Source of the DNA: a virus | Taxonomy: Duplodnaviria > Caudoviricetes | Strand: one strand, 5' to 3' | DNA: 64,000 bases | IMG/VR virus record: IMGVR_UViG_3300033066_001190 | Location: 1-64,000 of that record | Position numbers and translations under genes: made by a program | Notes under the pieces: generated by a model | Database searches by the model: none | What the model was told of the DNA's origin: nothing | The model's input: the letters and a program-made list of their open reading frames with translations, nothing else | In this document: positions 17,271 to 26,246 of the stretch, piece by piece | Layout of the letters: every line of letters begins with the position of its first letter | Position numbering within the stretch: the stretch's first letter is position 1

Positions 17271-17720
17271 TTAATTATTAATTAATTTATAATCTTCATA
17301 TTTACCATTACCTCGAAGTATTCTGTTAAACACTTGTTTTTTAGGTTTTGGTAATTTAATTAGGTATTTGTATTTTTTACCAACCTTCTCTTTTATTTGA
17401 ACCATTGATAGATATGATCTATATATCAGAATAATCCTTTCTAAAGGTGTTAATTCTTCTGATTTATATGTATCTTGTAGTTCTTTATGAAGAAGTTCAT
17501 GAAAATACTCAATCTTTTTAGGATCGGTTAATTTTAAAAGTTCGTAAAGTTCATCAGCAATATACCTATCAACTTGATTCTTTTTAGCAAATTCATAATC
17601 ATATCCACACCTAATAGCCCAAATCATCCTAAAAGCTTCTAAAATGTTTTGATATTTGTAATGACCTTTGCATAAAAGAATCATATGACCTCTTATACCT
17701 TTAATTTCTATTGGTTTCAT
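17271..17720 (-). CDS. Hypothetical protein
   Basis: 149-aa ORF. Confidence 0.7.
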   Translation of the reverse strand: MKPIEIKGIRGHMILLCKGHYKYQNILEAFRMIWAIRCGYDYEFAKKNQVDRYIADELYELLKLTDPKKIEYFHELLHKELQDTYKSEELTPLERIILIYRSYLSMVQIKEKVGKKYKYLIKLPKPKKQVFNRILRGNGKYEDYKLINN

Positions 17721-17750
17721 TTGTTTTCTTATTTAGAATTGTTTTTAAAA

Positions 17751-18005
17751 TTAATAAAGTTGTATTCCTAATATCTTAGCTTTTTCAACATCAATTTTTT
17801 TGTACCAAAGTTCACAAACTACGCAATCTTCTTCCCATATTACATCAACTACCTCCATTCTTGTGGGTAATTTTTGATTAAAATAGTGACTTTTAAATGT
17901 TTCTAACACTGAAACACTTTCTCCTATTCTAGGAGGAATTTGCAAACCTGTAGGAAAACAATTTCTACGATATTTGTCAACATTAGTTATAAATATGATA
18001 TTCAT
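17751..18005 (-). CDS. Hypothetical protein
   Basis: PPRIGE.V...LP..MEVVDV.W...VCELW. Confidence 0.7.
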   Translation of the reverse strand: MNIIFITNVDKYRRNCFPTGLQIPPRIGESVSVLETFKSHYFNQKLPTRMEVVDVIWEEDCVVCELWYKKIDVEKAKILGIQLY

Positions 18006-18074
18006 GATGGTTATGTTGTTTTAAGTTCTTTAAACAAATAAGTTAATTCTGTATTCAATGTTTTATTAAATTTT

Positions 18075-18766
18075 GTTGCTGGTAATTACCTCCAGCTCGC
18101 ACAATGTTTAGGTAAGAATCCAATAGACATTCATCTATCAACATCTAATTTTGTATCCTAAACTACTACAATTCTATTACTAGAAATTGAGGCATTAAAC
18201 ACTATAACTTCAGAAATAGTTATATACTAGGACTCTCTACCTAATGTTTATGCTGCCACATTACATACTTACTTAAATTGATAACTATTAACTTACAATT
18301 ATTTTTAATAGTATTTTCAGTATGTATTTACAATTCTCTACCAATACCTCATATCCTTTCTCATCAGTTTTGGTATAAACTATTTCTAAAATCCCTCAAC
18401 AATTAACAATACAAGGTTTCAACACCCTAGAACTTCCCGATTGAAGTATATTTGTTTATTGAGAGTAACCAGCTATGTTTGGTTCAGTGAGTGTTCTACA
18501 GATAAAGAAACACACAACCATGTTTTTAAAGAAAAGTTGCTTGTCCAAATTCTAGTGGAATATACAAATAGCTAATCATGTTTAGTTTTTATTCTAAACA
18601 TAGACCATTTTGAACTTCATCTACTTTGGCTACATAATCTCTTATGAAATTAAGGTATACCTCTACAACAAAACACAACTGCTAGTACAATTTTACCAAG
18701 TGTGCTGTGTAGGTCACTCAATTACTACTGGTTGTTTGTCTTCAAGCAAGCAATTCTCTTTAAAAA
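18075..18766 (-). ncRNA. Cluster of candidate structured ncRNA domains (~700 nt)
   Basis: No credible ORF; long closing stem 18523-18543/18747-18766; many nested helices with G-U pairs on the minus strand. Confidence 0.55.
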
Positions 18767-18768
18767 GT

Positions 18769-18954
18769 TTATTCTTCTATCCAAGAAGCTATTAAATTTC
18801 GATGACTGAACTCAAAATCCTTAACTCTTACGAACCTGTCAGGATTTCCTGTAACAGATAGTAATCCCTCTTTAGCAGTATATTTCATACAAAAAGGAAT
18901 AGGTTTATCTGAACAAAATATAGCTCCTGTTGTAAATAAATACATGTGTTTCAT
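18769..18954 (-). CDS. Small hypothetical protein
   Basis: 61-aa ORF. Confidence 0.55.
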   Translation of the reverse strand: MKHMYLFTTGAIFCSDKPIPFCMKYTAKEGLLSVTGNPDRFVRVKDFEFSHRNLIASWIEE

Positions 18955-18973
18955 ACTATTAGGATTTTAAGAA

Positions 18974-19345
18974 TTATTTACAATATTGTAAAATGTGTTG
19001 TAAAGCCCAATATTCAGGATTGAAATAACCATTTACAACATCACCAAGACAACAAAAAGTCATAATGAAAAGAATTCCAAAAATGATTACACAAGCAAAC
19101 ATTACTCCTTGATAAACTCCATCGCTATTGTAATATCTCGAATTTCTTTCGTCTTTTTCTGGTTTAGCTAACCAAAAATGGATTTTTAATAGCACAATTC
19201 CAAATATTACAATACATAAAAATTGCAATAATGTTGTTGTGGCATCTATTGGAGCTTGTTTCAAAAGAACACTCCAAAGATATTCTGAAGTTGTTCCTAA
19301 TTTTTGAGCTAATTGCTCAATTAGTTTTAATGTTTGTTCGTTCAT
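18974..19345 (-). CDS. Membrane protein
   Basis: LAQKLGTTSEYLWSVLLKQA, two TM helices, FNPEYWAL. Confidence 0.75.
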   Translation of the reverse strand: MNEQTLKLIEQLAQKLGTTSEYLWSVLLKQAPIDATTTLLQFLCIVIFGIVLLKIHFWLAKPEKDERNSRYYNSDGVYQGVMFACVIIFGILFIMTFCCLGDVVNGYFNPEYWALQHILQYCK

Positions 19346-19366
19346 TAGTTATGGTTTAAAAAGTTT

Positions 19367-19591
19367 TTAAAGTTGATTTTCTATGTAACAAAAGGAATCT
19401 ACAATCAAATATAATGTACCAAATCCGCTTAATACATAAAAAAATACAAAGGGACTGTTAACTACTTCTACCATTTTTACATCAAATATTAATGCAAAAA
19501 ATGCAGTGAGTAACCAATTACATCCTGTAACAAGCATAATGATTACTATTGTTACAACAGGATAAAGAAATAATTTAAGTAGTGGATTCAT
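19367..19591 (-). CDS. Small membrane protein
   Basis: Hydrophobic ORF. Confidence 0.6.
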   Translation of the reverse strand: MNPLLKLFLYPVVTIVIIMLVTGCNWLLTAFFALIFDVKMVEVVNSPFVFFYVLSGFGTLYLIVDSFCYIENQL

Positions 19592-19694
19592 GTTATTTGT
19601 TTTTTTTTTTATGTTGTTAAAATTGTTTTCTTCCCTGTTGTATTAAACGAAAAGAGTTTAGCTTTGATATTATCTCCCCTTAAACTCAAAGTTA

Positions 19695-19895
19695 TTAAGA
19701 AATTAAAAGCTGCTTAAAACCTTTAATTTTGTTAATTTCAGACTCTAATTCTTCTATTCTGTAATTCCAAGAACTATCTCTTTCTTTAGCTTCTTTTAAA
19801 CTATTAAGTTTAAATTCAAGAAGTTCTATAAATTCTTCATAAGGAACTACAGCCATTAGTCCATGCTGATGAAGCATATTAAAATAATTTACCAT
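19695..19895 (-). CDS. Small hypothetical protein
   Basis: 66-aa ORF. Confidence 0.55.
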   Translation of the reverse strand: MVNYFNMLHQHGLMAVVPYEEFIELLEFKLNSLKEAKERDSSWNYRIEELESEINKIKGFKQLLIS

Positions 19896-19918
19896 AAATT
19901 TTTTTTGAGTTGTGACCT

Positions 19919-20091
19919 AATAATCAATTGATTTAACAAATAGACAGAGTGAGTTTACACTTTCTTGGATAATAAATCCTACTGTCTTATATTTATTAAA
20001 ATACTACCTTATATTATTTCTATTCTGCTCCAACTAAGAAGTTCAGTAATAGCCCTAATTTCGGTTTTTGTAGTACAATCAATTGATTATT
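19919..20091 (-). ncRNA. Candidate structured ncRNA closed by a 15-bp perfect inverted repeat
   Basis: AATAATCAATTGATT/AATCAATTGATTATT ends; two internal multi-helix domains. Confidence 0.5.
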
Positions 20092-20183
20092 AACGCCTTG
20101 CACCTAACACATATTTATACTGTTGCAAGCCAGTTTTGTAAAAAAGTGGAAGCTTTTGGTAAGGTTTACCAACCTTTTGTTGT

Positions 20184-20411
20184 TTATTTATCAGTAAGAT
20201 TTTCAAAACGCCATTTGTCATTTATTTTATACCATCTCCAATAGTATCCAAAAACGCCAACATATATTGAATGTTTTACTCTAAAATGGTTGGGAATATA
20301 TAAATCTACATCTAGTGTAGGGATAAATGGAAACGTTTTACACAACCAATAAGAAAATCTTGCAATTTTATTATTAGCCATATATCCCCAATAAAATTTA
20401 ATATTTTGCAT
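20184..20411 (-). CDS. Aromatic-rich small protein
   Basis: 75-aa ORF. Confidence 0.55.
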   Translation of the reverse strand: MQNIKFYWGYMANNKIARFSYWLCKTFPFIPTLDVDLYIPNHFRVKHSIYVGVFGYYWRWYKINDKWRFENLTDK

Positions 20412-20423
20412 AACTGTTTGTTT

Positions 20424-20777
20424 TTAAAAGATTAAAAAAGGTATTTGAATAGGTAATTTCACCCAATAGCCGTTGCTAATATTAGGTGGAACTTGACCAT
20501 GAATACGAGGTTGAAAAACTTTAACACTACCAAAAGCAGCTTCTACTTGCTCTTTAGTGTATTTTTTCCAATAACTCCGTTTTACAGCGTATAAATCATA
20601 CACTTCTTCAAAGTTAATTTTGCCATCTACTTCAGGAAACATTGTTCCAGATACTATAACAAGAACTTGTGCATCATTACCTAATTTATTTTCAATTAAG
20701 TCTTTAATACACATAGAAAGAGAAAGTCCGATAAATTGTGACATAATTGTTTTTTTTGAGTTTGAGCTACCATGCAC
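20424..20777 (-). CDS. Hypothetical phage protein (start probably at MSQFIG)
   Basis: IGLSLSMCIKDLIE...IVSGT...YW...QPR...P..SNG.W. Confidence 0.7.
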   Translation of the reverse strand: MHGSSNSKKTIMSQFIGLSLSMCIKDLIENKLGNDAQVLVIVSGTMFPEVDGKINFEEVYDLYAVKRSYWKKYTKEQVEAAFGSVKVFQPRIHGQVPPNISNGYWVKLPIQIPFLIF

Positions 20778-20956
20778 TCCTTGTATTTATACATTCTTTA
20801 TAGTCTATGTAAAGGAACATAAAAGACTTATTATTATATTAGCCAAATTTCTCAATAAGAGATATAAACGCTAAAATTTATAGTGTTTAGTTAGTGAACA
20901 GTGTTTAGTGGATTAACATGGTTCATTACTCACTTCCCATCAACATTTTCCCTCAC

Positions 20957-20965
20957 TTATCCACA
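20957..20965 (+). promoter_or_regulatory. Perfect DnaA box
   Basis: TTATCCACA in intergenic DNA about 150 bp upstream of the RepL-like gene. Confidence 0.5.
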
Positions 20966-21113
20966 TTTTGAACAATTCCTTTAACAAATCTTAACAGTTA
21001 TATGATTTCAACTCGACCTTTACACCAGAATATTCAATTTTAAAGTATTTTAGTTTACAGTAAACTATATGATGTAAACTAAATTTGGAAATTAGGATAG
21101 AGTTTGTTATATT

Positions 21114-21659
21114 GTGAACAAATCTATTACAATGTATAAGGTAGAATACAATTTAGAGCAAGATGAAGTGGCTCTTAAAATGAATCAAAGAACAGGAGAA
21201 GTAAAAAAATTAGCAGTTAGACCTAACAATATTCCTGAAGGTAAAGAAGTATTTGAGAAAGATGGTATTTTCAGGAAGGATTATACTAACAGTTGGAAAT
21301 TCTTGAGGAAACAATTAACTCCTATTGAATACAAAGCTGCTCACACTCTAGCTATTATGGCTAAAGCAAACACTAATTCACTAGAACCTCTCAATGATGA
21401 TACAACTATTTCAGAACTTATGGAAGTTCTAAATGTATCCAAGAACAAAGTTAAACCTATAATGAACACACTTTGGGATTTAGGTGTTTATGGAAGGTTT
21501 GAGGTAAAACACGTAGATAAACCTTATACGAAATATTGGGTTTTTAATCCTTTCTTATCCTTTAGTGGAAAACTTATTAATTCTGACATAGCCAATCTCT
21601 TTAGAGATACACATTGTGCAAAAGCTTTTTATGATGAGAATTATACTTATAAAAGATAA
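21114..21659 (+). CDS. RepL-like winged-helix replication protein (probable start ATG 21132)
   Basis: TISELMEVLNVSKNKVKPIMNTLWDLGV...YWVFNPFLSFSG wHTH/RepL pattern; RepL genes occur in crAss-like phages. Confidence 0.7.
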   Translation: MNKSITMYKVEYNLEQDEVALKMNQRTGEVKKLAVRPNNIPEGKEVFEKDGIFRKDYTNSWKFLRKQLTPIEYKAAHTLAIMAKANTNSLEPLNDDTTISELMEVLNVSKNKVKPIMNTLWDLGVYGRFEVKHVDKPYTKYWVFNPFLSFSGKLINSDIANLFRDTHCAKAFYDENYTYKR

Positions 21660-21711
21660 AGAGCGTGTTTTTTAACAATGTAGTGATACCAACGCTTTCC
21701 AGAGATTCATC

Positions 21712-21749
21712 TCCCACAAAATGGGAAGAATTGTCCCACAAAATGGGAA
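21712..21749 (+). repeat. Iteron-like direct repeat TCCCACAAAATGGGAA x2, 22-bp period
   Basis: Exact copies at 21712 and 21734; each is dyadic (TCCCA-N5-TGGGA). Confidence 0.8.
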
Positions 21750-21913
21750 ACAACCAGAAAAAGAGAGAAATAATTCCCTCTAATTCTGGCTATTGTTCCA
21801 TGAAAAGGAGAAAATTAATCCTCCAATTCTTTTTCTTGATCAGCTTCATTTGGCTGAAAGAATACTTCATAATCGAAATCTTCCATGACAATTGATTTAA
21901 AAGGCGTTAAGAG

Positions 21914-21941
21914 AAAAAAAGCCCCACATTTCTGTGAGGCT
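21914..21941 (-). terminator. Intrinsic terminator after 21948..22388
   Basis: AGCCTCACA-GAAA-TGTGGGGCT followed by a T run. Confidence 0.85.
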
Positions 21942-21947
21942 CTCTGT

Positions 21948-22388
21948 TTACATTAAACTTCCAGGATTTACTCCCAGTGCCAAGAGGATTTTGGCTTTTT
22001 CCTCGAAACCAAGCACTTCTGTCTTGCGAACTTGAGTTACTTGAGCTTCGTAATAGTCTTTTTCACGAGGAACAGCTTCACCTTTGAAGTACAAAGGCTC
22101 ATCTTCCTTACCTTCAGGACAGTCTTTACCCATCACTTCACCTTTTGTCCTTTTGCTGTCACGTGTGGCAATGAACTCTTCACCTGCCGCTTCAAACTTC
22201 AACACAATTTCGTTGTGGTTTTCTTCAACGATGGATGCAGGTAGCCAAAATTCGCCATATTTACAGGTCACAATGGCTTGTTCAACATTCTTTTTCTCGC
22301 CTTTAATCGTCTTTTCAACAACAATTGGCGCACCTGTTACAGTGTTTTTTGTCTTGACAGACAGAATTGGAGCATTGATGGTTTTCAT
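21948..22388 (-). CDS. First gene of the minus-strand block; hypothetical, higher GC
   Basis: 146 aa, distinct codon usage, own terminator. Confidence 0.75.
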   Translation of the reverse strand: MKTINAPILSVKTKNTVTGAPIVVEKTIKGEKKNVEQAIVTCKYGEFWLPASIVEENHNEIVLKFEAAGEEFIATRDSKRTKGEVMGKDCPEGKEDEPLYFKGEAVPREKDYYEAQVTQVRKTEVLGFEEKAKILLALGVNPGSLM

Positions 22389-22447
22389 ATGCTTATCTAG
22401 GTTACCTATACACCTAAAGGTTTTATTGTTAAAAATAATTTAAGGCT

Positions 22448-22555
22448 AACTCAAAAGGGGTTGTTTTTGGGGTTGTTTTTTTTTTGACAGCCACAATTCT
22501 CACTAGCCAATATAGAGGGGGATACCCTCCAACCGCAAACTCAGGAGGGGTTGTT
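22448..22555 (-). promoter_or_regulatory. Repeated GC-rich motif, candidate phage-RNAP early promoter or terminus signal
   Basis: AACTCA(aa/gg)AGGGGTTGTT at 22448 and 22538; GGGGTTGTTTTT in tandem at 22457 and 22469. Confidence 0.4.
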
Positions 22556-22849
22556 CTGGTAAGGAGGTTCATAAAAATATACACATTTTATAAAATCACA
22601 AATATAACCTCACAAAAACACCTAGGGGTATAAAATATAGAAATAAATACTAGGGGGGATATTGTCTATAGAAAAGATTATAAGGTTATAGCCTGATAAT
22701 GGGTAATTATTAGGTGTAGGACTTATAATGTAAAGGTATAGCTTGTCTATCTATTTAAATTAGTAAAGGTTTAGGTTTACTTAAATGTTCTACGGGGAAC
22801 ATTTGGAAATGTCGTTTTTATTGTACATTATTGTGTTTAAATTAACATT

Positions 22850-23512
22850 ATGAAAGAACCAAATAGGGAAAGGAAAAATGAAATTAAGTACCTGATTACA
22901 CTAAATGAAGAGCAAAAAGAAGCAAAGGCAGGATTATATGAAAAGGATGTAAATTTCTTTTTAGGGGATTTTGGTTCTGGGAAAACTCAATGTGCTGCTT
23001 TATGCGCTTTAGATTTATTGTTTAAAAAGCATATTGATAGAATATTTATAACAAGACCTATTGATTTTAAAGCTACAGGGTATCTTACAGGAGATATAAA
23101 TGAGAAAATGGCATTCCACCTATTTCCTGTAAAACAATGCTTTTATGCTTCTTATGACAAAGATAAGATAGATAAGCTTTTTGCTGATGATGTAATAAAA
23201 ATCATTCCAATAGATTATATGAAGGGAATAACCTTTATGAATGCTTGCACAATAGTAGATGAGTTTGAAGATATTAATTATGATGACTTTAAGATGATTT
23301 TATCAAGACTTGGTAAAAACTCTAAGATAATCTTTACAGGTAGTGAGGAACAAACAGCTATTAAAAATAGTTGTATCCCTAAAATCAAATGTTTAAAAGA
23401 GTTTGATAAGGTTAATTACCACATCTTTAAAAGTCAGCATAGGAACAATGACATTCAATTAATTTTTGATTATATTAAAAAGAATGAAGCTCAGAATGTT
23501 AAAGAATGTTAA
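22850..23512 (+). CDS. phoH: PhoH-family ATPase
   Basis: GDFGSGKT Walker A; ITRP, GYLTGDINEK, YMKGITF, IVDE, SRLGKNSK, H-R motifs. Confidence 0.93.
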   Translation: MKEPNRERKNEIKYLITLNEEQKEAKAGLYEKDVNFFLGDFGSGKTQCAALCALDLLFKKHIDRIFITRPIDFKATGYLTGDINEKMAFHLFPVKQCFYASYDKDKIDKLFADDVIKIIPIDYMKGITFMNACTIVDEFEDINYDDFKMILSRLGKNSKIIFTGSEEQTAIKNSCIPKIKCLKEFDKVNYHIFKSQHRNNDIQLIFDYIKKNEAQNVKEC

Positions 23513-23544
23513 ATATCTCACATCGTAATTCAAAATAATTATTA

Positions 23545-23991
23545 TTGTACTATAAAATATACATCGTGTTAAAAGCTATTACTAAAGAGCAATTTATAGA
23601 AAGAGTTAATTACAATTTGAGAACAGATGAAAAAGGATTACATCTATCAAATCCGATTACTATCGTTGGTGGTAGGGGATTTATGAGTATGATGTATTCT
23701 TTTTTCTCACAATTTAAAGAAAAAAATTCCCCTTTGTTAAAGGAATTTATTACTCCTGAGCTTGGAAAAGTGGTAATTGAACATCATTACAAATTTGATC
23801 ATGGTATAAGTAGAGAAAAATTGTATGAGTTGTATTATGGATTACCAGAATGCTCTTATTGGGCAGAGGTTTTTGTAGGAAATCAATCTTTTGGATTTAT
23901 AAGCACTCTAACAATTATAGAGAATGAAACAAAAGTAGAAGTTTCCTTAATTCAAAAAGTACTGAACTGGTTTAAATCTAAATGTTTTTAA
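23545..23991 (+). CDS. Hypothetical protein
   Basis: ORF in the plus-strand operon. Confidence 0.6.
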   Translation: MYYKIYIVLKAITKEQFIERVNYNLRTDEKGLHLSNPITIVGGRGFMSMMYSFFSQFKEKNSPLLKEFITPELGKVVIEHHYKFDHGISREKLYELYYGLPECSYWAEVFVGNQSFGFISTLTIIENETKVEVSLIQKVLNWFKSKCF

Positions 23992-24000
23992 AATATACAC

Positions 24001-24219
24001 ATGGAACGTAAAATAGAATTGGGTAAAGTTGTAGTTGAAATTTGTGTTGAATTGTTTGGTGATAAAACAAGTTTTGGAACAATTAATAATCATATACTTT
24101 TTAAATTAGTCCCTAGTATATGTTTGTCAAGATATCCAGATGAAGAAAATATTTACGCTATAAGTATTGGGTGGTTAAATGTTTATTTATTTTTAGGTTA
24201 TAAGTTTAAAGTAAATTAA
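24001..24219 (+). CDS. Hypothetical protein
   Basis: ORF in the operon. Confidence 0.6.
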   Translation: MERKIELGKVVVEICVELFGDKTSFGTINNHILFKLVPSICLSRYPDEENIYAISIGWLNVYLFLGYKFKVN

Positions 24220-24222
24220 ATT

Positions 24223-24453
24223 ATGGAAATACTATTTAAATATAAGATGTCTCTAGCAGATTTAACAAAACCTTACTTAATTTTACTGTTTACAATAAAA
24301 TTACAAATGGAAAATAGGTTAAAACATGATGCAAATTGTGATGTTTCGGAGTATGAAAAATTAATAAACACTGTAACAGCGAGAATGTTAAATAACCTAA
24401 TCATTAATGATTTTGACGGTGAGGTATTTACGGAATTTAATAAAGGGGAGTAA
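24223..24453 (+). CDS. Hypothetical protein
   Basis: ORF in the operon. Confidence 0.6.
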   Translation: MEILFKYKMSLADLTKPYLILLFTIKLQMENRLKHDANCDVSEYEKLINTVTARMLNNLIINDFDGEVFTEFNKGE

Positions 24454-24455
24454 TT

Positions 24456-24812
24456 ATGACAGATAAAAACAAGATAACTTCTATAAAAATAGATTCTTAT
24501 AAAGTAAATAATACCATTGAATTAGTGGAGGTGTTAATTCAATTTATATGTATTCTTAAAAAGATAAAATTGTCTAAAACCGAAATTCAAGTTTTAAGTC
24601 ATTTTATGATAGAAGGTTATTCTGAAATAGCTAAAGAACAAATATTGGAAATGAAAATACTACATTCCAAATATGCCTTACGTAATATTTTAACCAATTT
24701 CAGAAAACAGGGTATTTTAACTAAAGAAAGATTTAGAGAGGTATTAAGTGCAGATTTTAGAATCCCTCTTACACAAAAAGTAAATATTAATATAACCCTA
24801 GATAATAATTAA
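24456..24812 (+). CDS. Winged-HTH protein
   Basis: LSKTEIQVL...ALRNILTNFRKQGIL. Confidence 0.55.
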   Translation: MTDKNKITSIKIDSYKVNNTIELVEVLIQFICILKKIKLSKTEIQVLSHFMIEGYSEIAKEQILEMKILHSKYALRNILTNFRKQGILTKERFREVLSADFRIPLTQKVNINITLDNN

Positions 24813-24814
24813 AA

Positions 24815-25039
24815 ATGAAATACTTAACTTTTATTAACGTTGACGATGAAATTACTAGATTAGCTACATTTATCAGAAATAACAATGTTCCATATATCTT
24901 TATTAATGGTAAACATATAGGCAATGATCCTAACAAGAAGGTAGAAGATTTTACCGTTTTTATAAAATTAAAGGATTTTGAAGAACATAAAATAGAAAAA
25001 GCATTTCCTAACCTGTTTAAAGATAGTTCAAATGGATAA
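24815..25039 (+). CDS. Hypothetical protein
   Basis: Coupled ORF. Confidence 0.55.
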   Translation: MKYLTFINVDDEITRLATFIRNNNVPYIFINGKHIGNDPNKKVEDFTVFIKLKDFEEHKIEKAFPNLFKDSSNG

Positions 25040-25298
25040 ATATGTTTCGATTGATTTAAACCAGTTGTTAGATATTAGGTCAGAAAGAGATGCTGCTGTT
25101 CTTGAAGCAAAAAGGTTGCAGTTTGAAATGGGGGAATTTAAGAGAAATTGTCAAGAAGAGTATCAAACTTACAAAGAACAATGTTATAGAGCTGCTGAAG
25201 AAAAGGTTTTAAACATGGAAAAATTCATGAAAAACCTATATGAAAACAGAATTCAAGAATTACAAACAAGGTTGGAAGAACTAAGTAATTTGGTATAA
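25032..25298 (+). CDS. Coiled-coil protein
   Basis: Heptad pattern. Confidence 0.6.
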   Translation: MDKYVSIDLNQLLDIRSERDAAVLEAKRLQFEMGEFKRNCQEEYQTYKEQCYRAAEEKVLNMEKFMKNLYENRIQELQTRLEELSNLV

Positions 25299-25843
25299 TG
25301 AGGGGAGAAATTAGTGTTATAAACAATGTTGTAAGTAAAAGAGAGGATAATCCTATAAAATCTAGTATAGGAAAGCATGATCCTGCTCACATCATTGCTG
25401 TTATAAATGATGAATACTGGAAGCATTTTAGATATAAAATGAATTTCAGCCCTAATTCTTGCCTAATATTAGATAATCTAGGAACATTTACATTACAATA
25501 TAGTAGGTTTAAATACTACATCCGACAGTTGATAAAACAACTAAGGAAGAGTAAAAACAATTTAGAGAGACTAAAATTAGATCCTAAGTTTGATATAAAT
25601 AATAGTGAAACCTACGTAATCTATATTTCAATAAAAGCTAAACTTCAAGCAAGTTGGCAACAGTTGGAAGAAATGAGAAAGCTTCATATTCTCAGATATC
25701 TTTTATATACTTATAAAAAGTATGAAGCAGATAATACTTTTGTACCAAAGAAAAATTATACATGGTTTGATTTTTCATTTAAGAAACAATTATTGCATTA
25801 TAATGCAAATATTGACCTAAAAGCTATACATTTTAAAAAATAA
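25298..25843 (+). CDS. IHF/HU-like protein
   Basis: Helical N-terminal part followed by ILDNLGTFTL, resembling the HU/IHF 'l..fGtF' strand. Confidence 0.45.
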   Translation: MRGEISVINNVVSKREDNPIKSSIGKHDPAHIIAVINDEYWKHFRYKMNFSPNSCLILDNLGTFTLQYSRFKYYIRQLIKQLRKSKNNLERLKLDPKFDINNSETYVIYISIKAKLQASWQQLEEMRKLHILRYLLYTYKKYEADNTFVPKKNYTWFDFSFKKQLLHYNANIDLKAIHFKK

Positions 25844-25859
25844 AACTTAGATTTGACAC

Positions 25860-26231
25860 ATGAGCAAATTATCAGAATTTTTAGCATTGATTCCTAAAGC
25901 CTTATCTAATCCAGATAAAATACTGGAGGGAGCTATGAATGAAGTTAAATCTCTTTATGGGTATTTGCCGCAAGACCAGCAAGATGAAATACTCAGGAGG
26001 AGATTAATTTGTAGAGCTTGTCCTTTCTACAGTTTAAATGCTACTACCTCACAGGAATACAAAGATTTTTATGGTAAACATTACGAAACCAATAGAAAAT
26101 CTAAGCATTGTGCCATCTGCTCATGTGAAGAAAACTTAAAAACTAGCTGTCTTACGTGTAAATGCGGAATATCTGCTGATGATAAACTAAATGAAAAATA
26201 TCCTATAAGGTGGGATGCATATATTAAATAA
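25860..26231 (+). CDS. Zn-finger-like Cys-rich protein
   Basis: RRLICRACP...CAICSC...KT.CLTCKC...W. Confidence 0.7.
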   Translation: MSKLSEFLALIPKALSNPDKILEGAMNEVKSLYGYLPQDQQDEILRRRLICRACPFYSLNATTSQEYKDFYGKHYETNRKSKHCAICSCEENLKTSCLTCKCGISADDKLNEKYPIRWDAYIK

Positions 26232-26246
26232 ACAACAACAAAAACA

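Noticed and set aside
18340-18380. Hammerhead ribozyme (CTGATGA...GAAA on the minus strand)
   Set aside because: GAAA follows CTGATGA directly with no stem II, and no consistent stems I and III were found.
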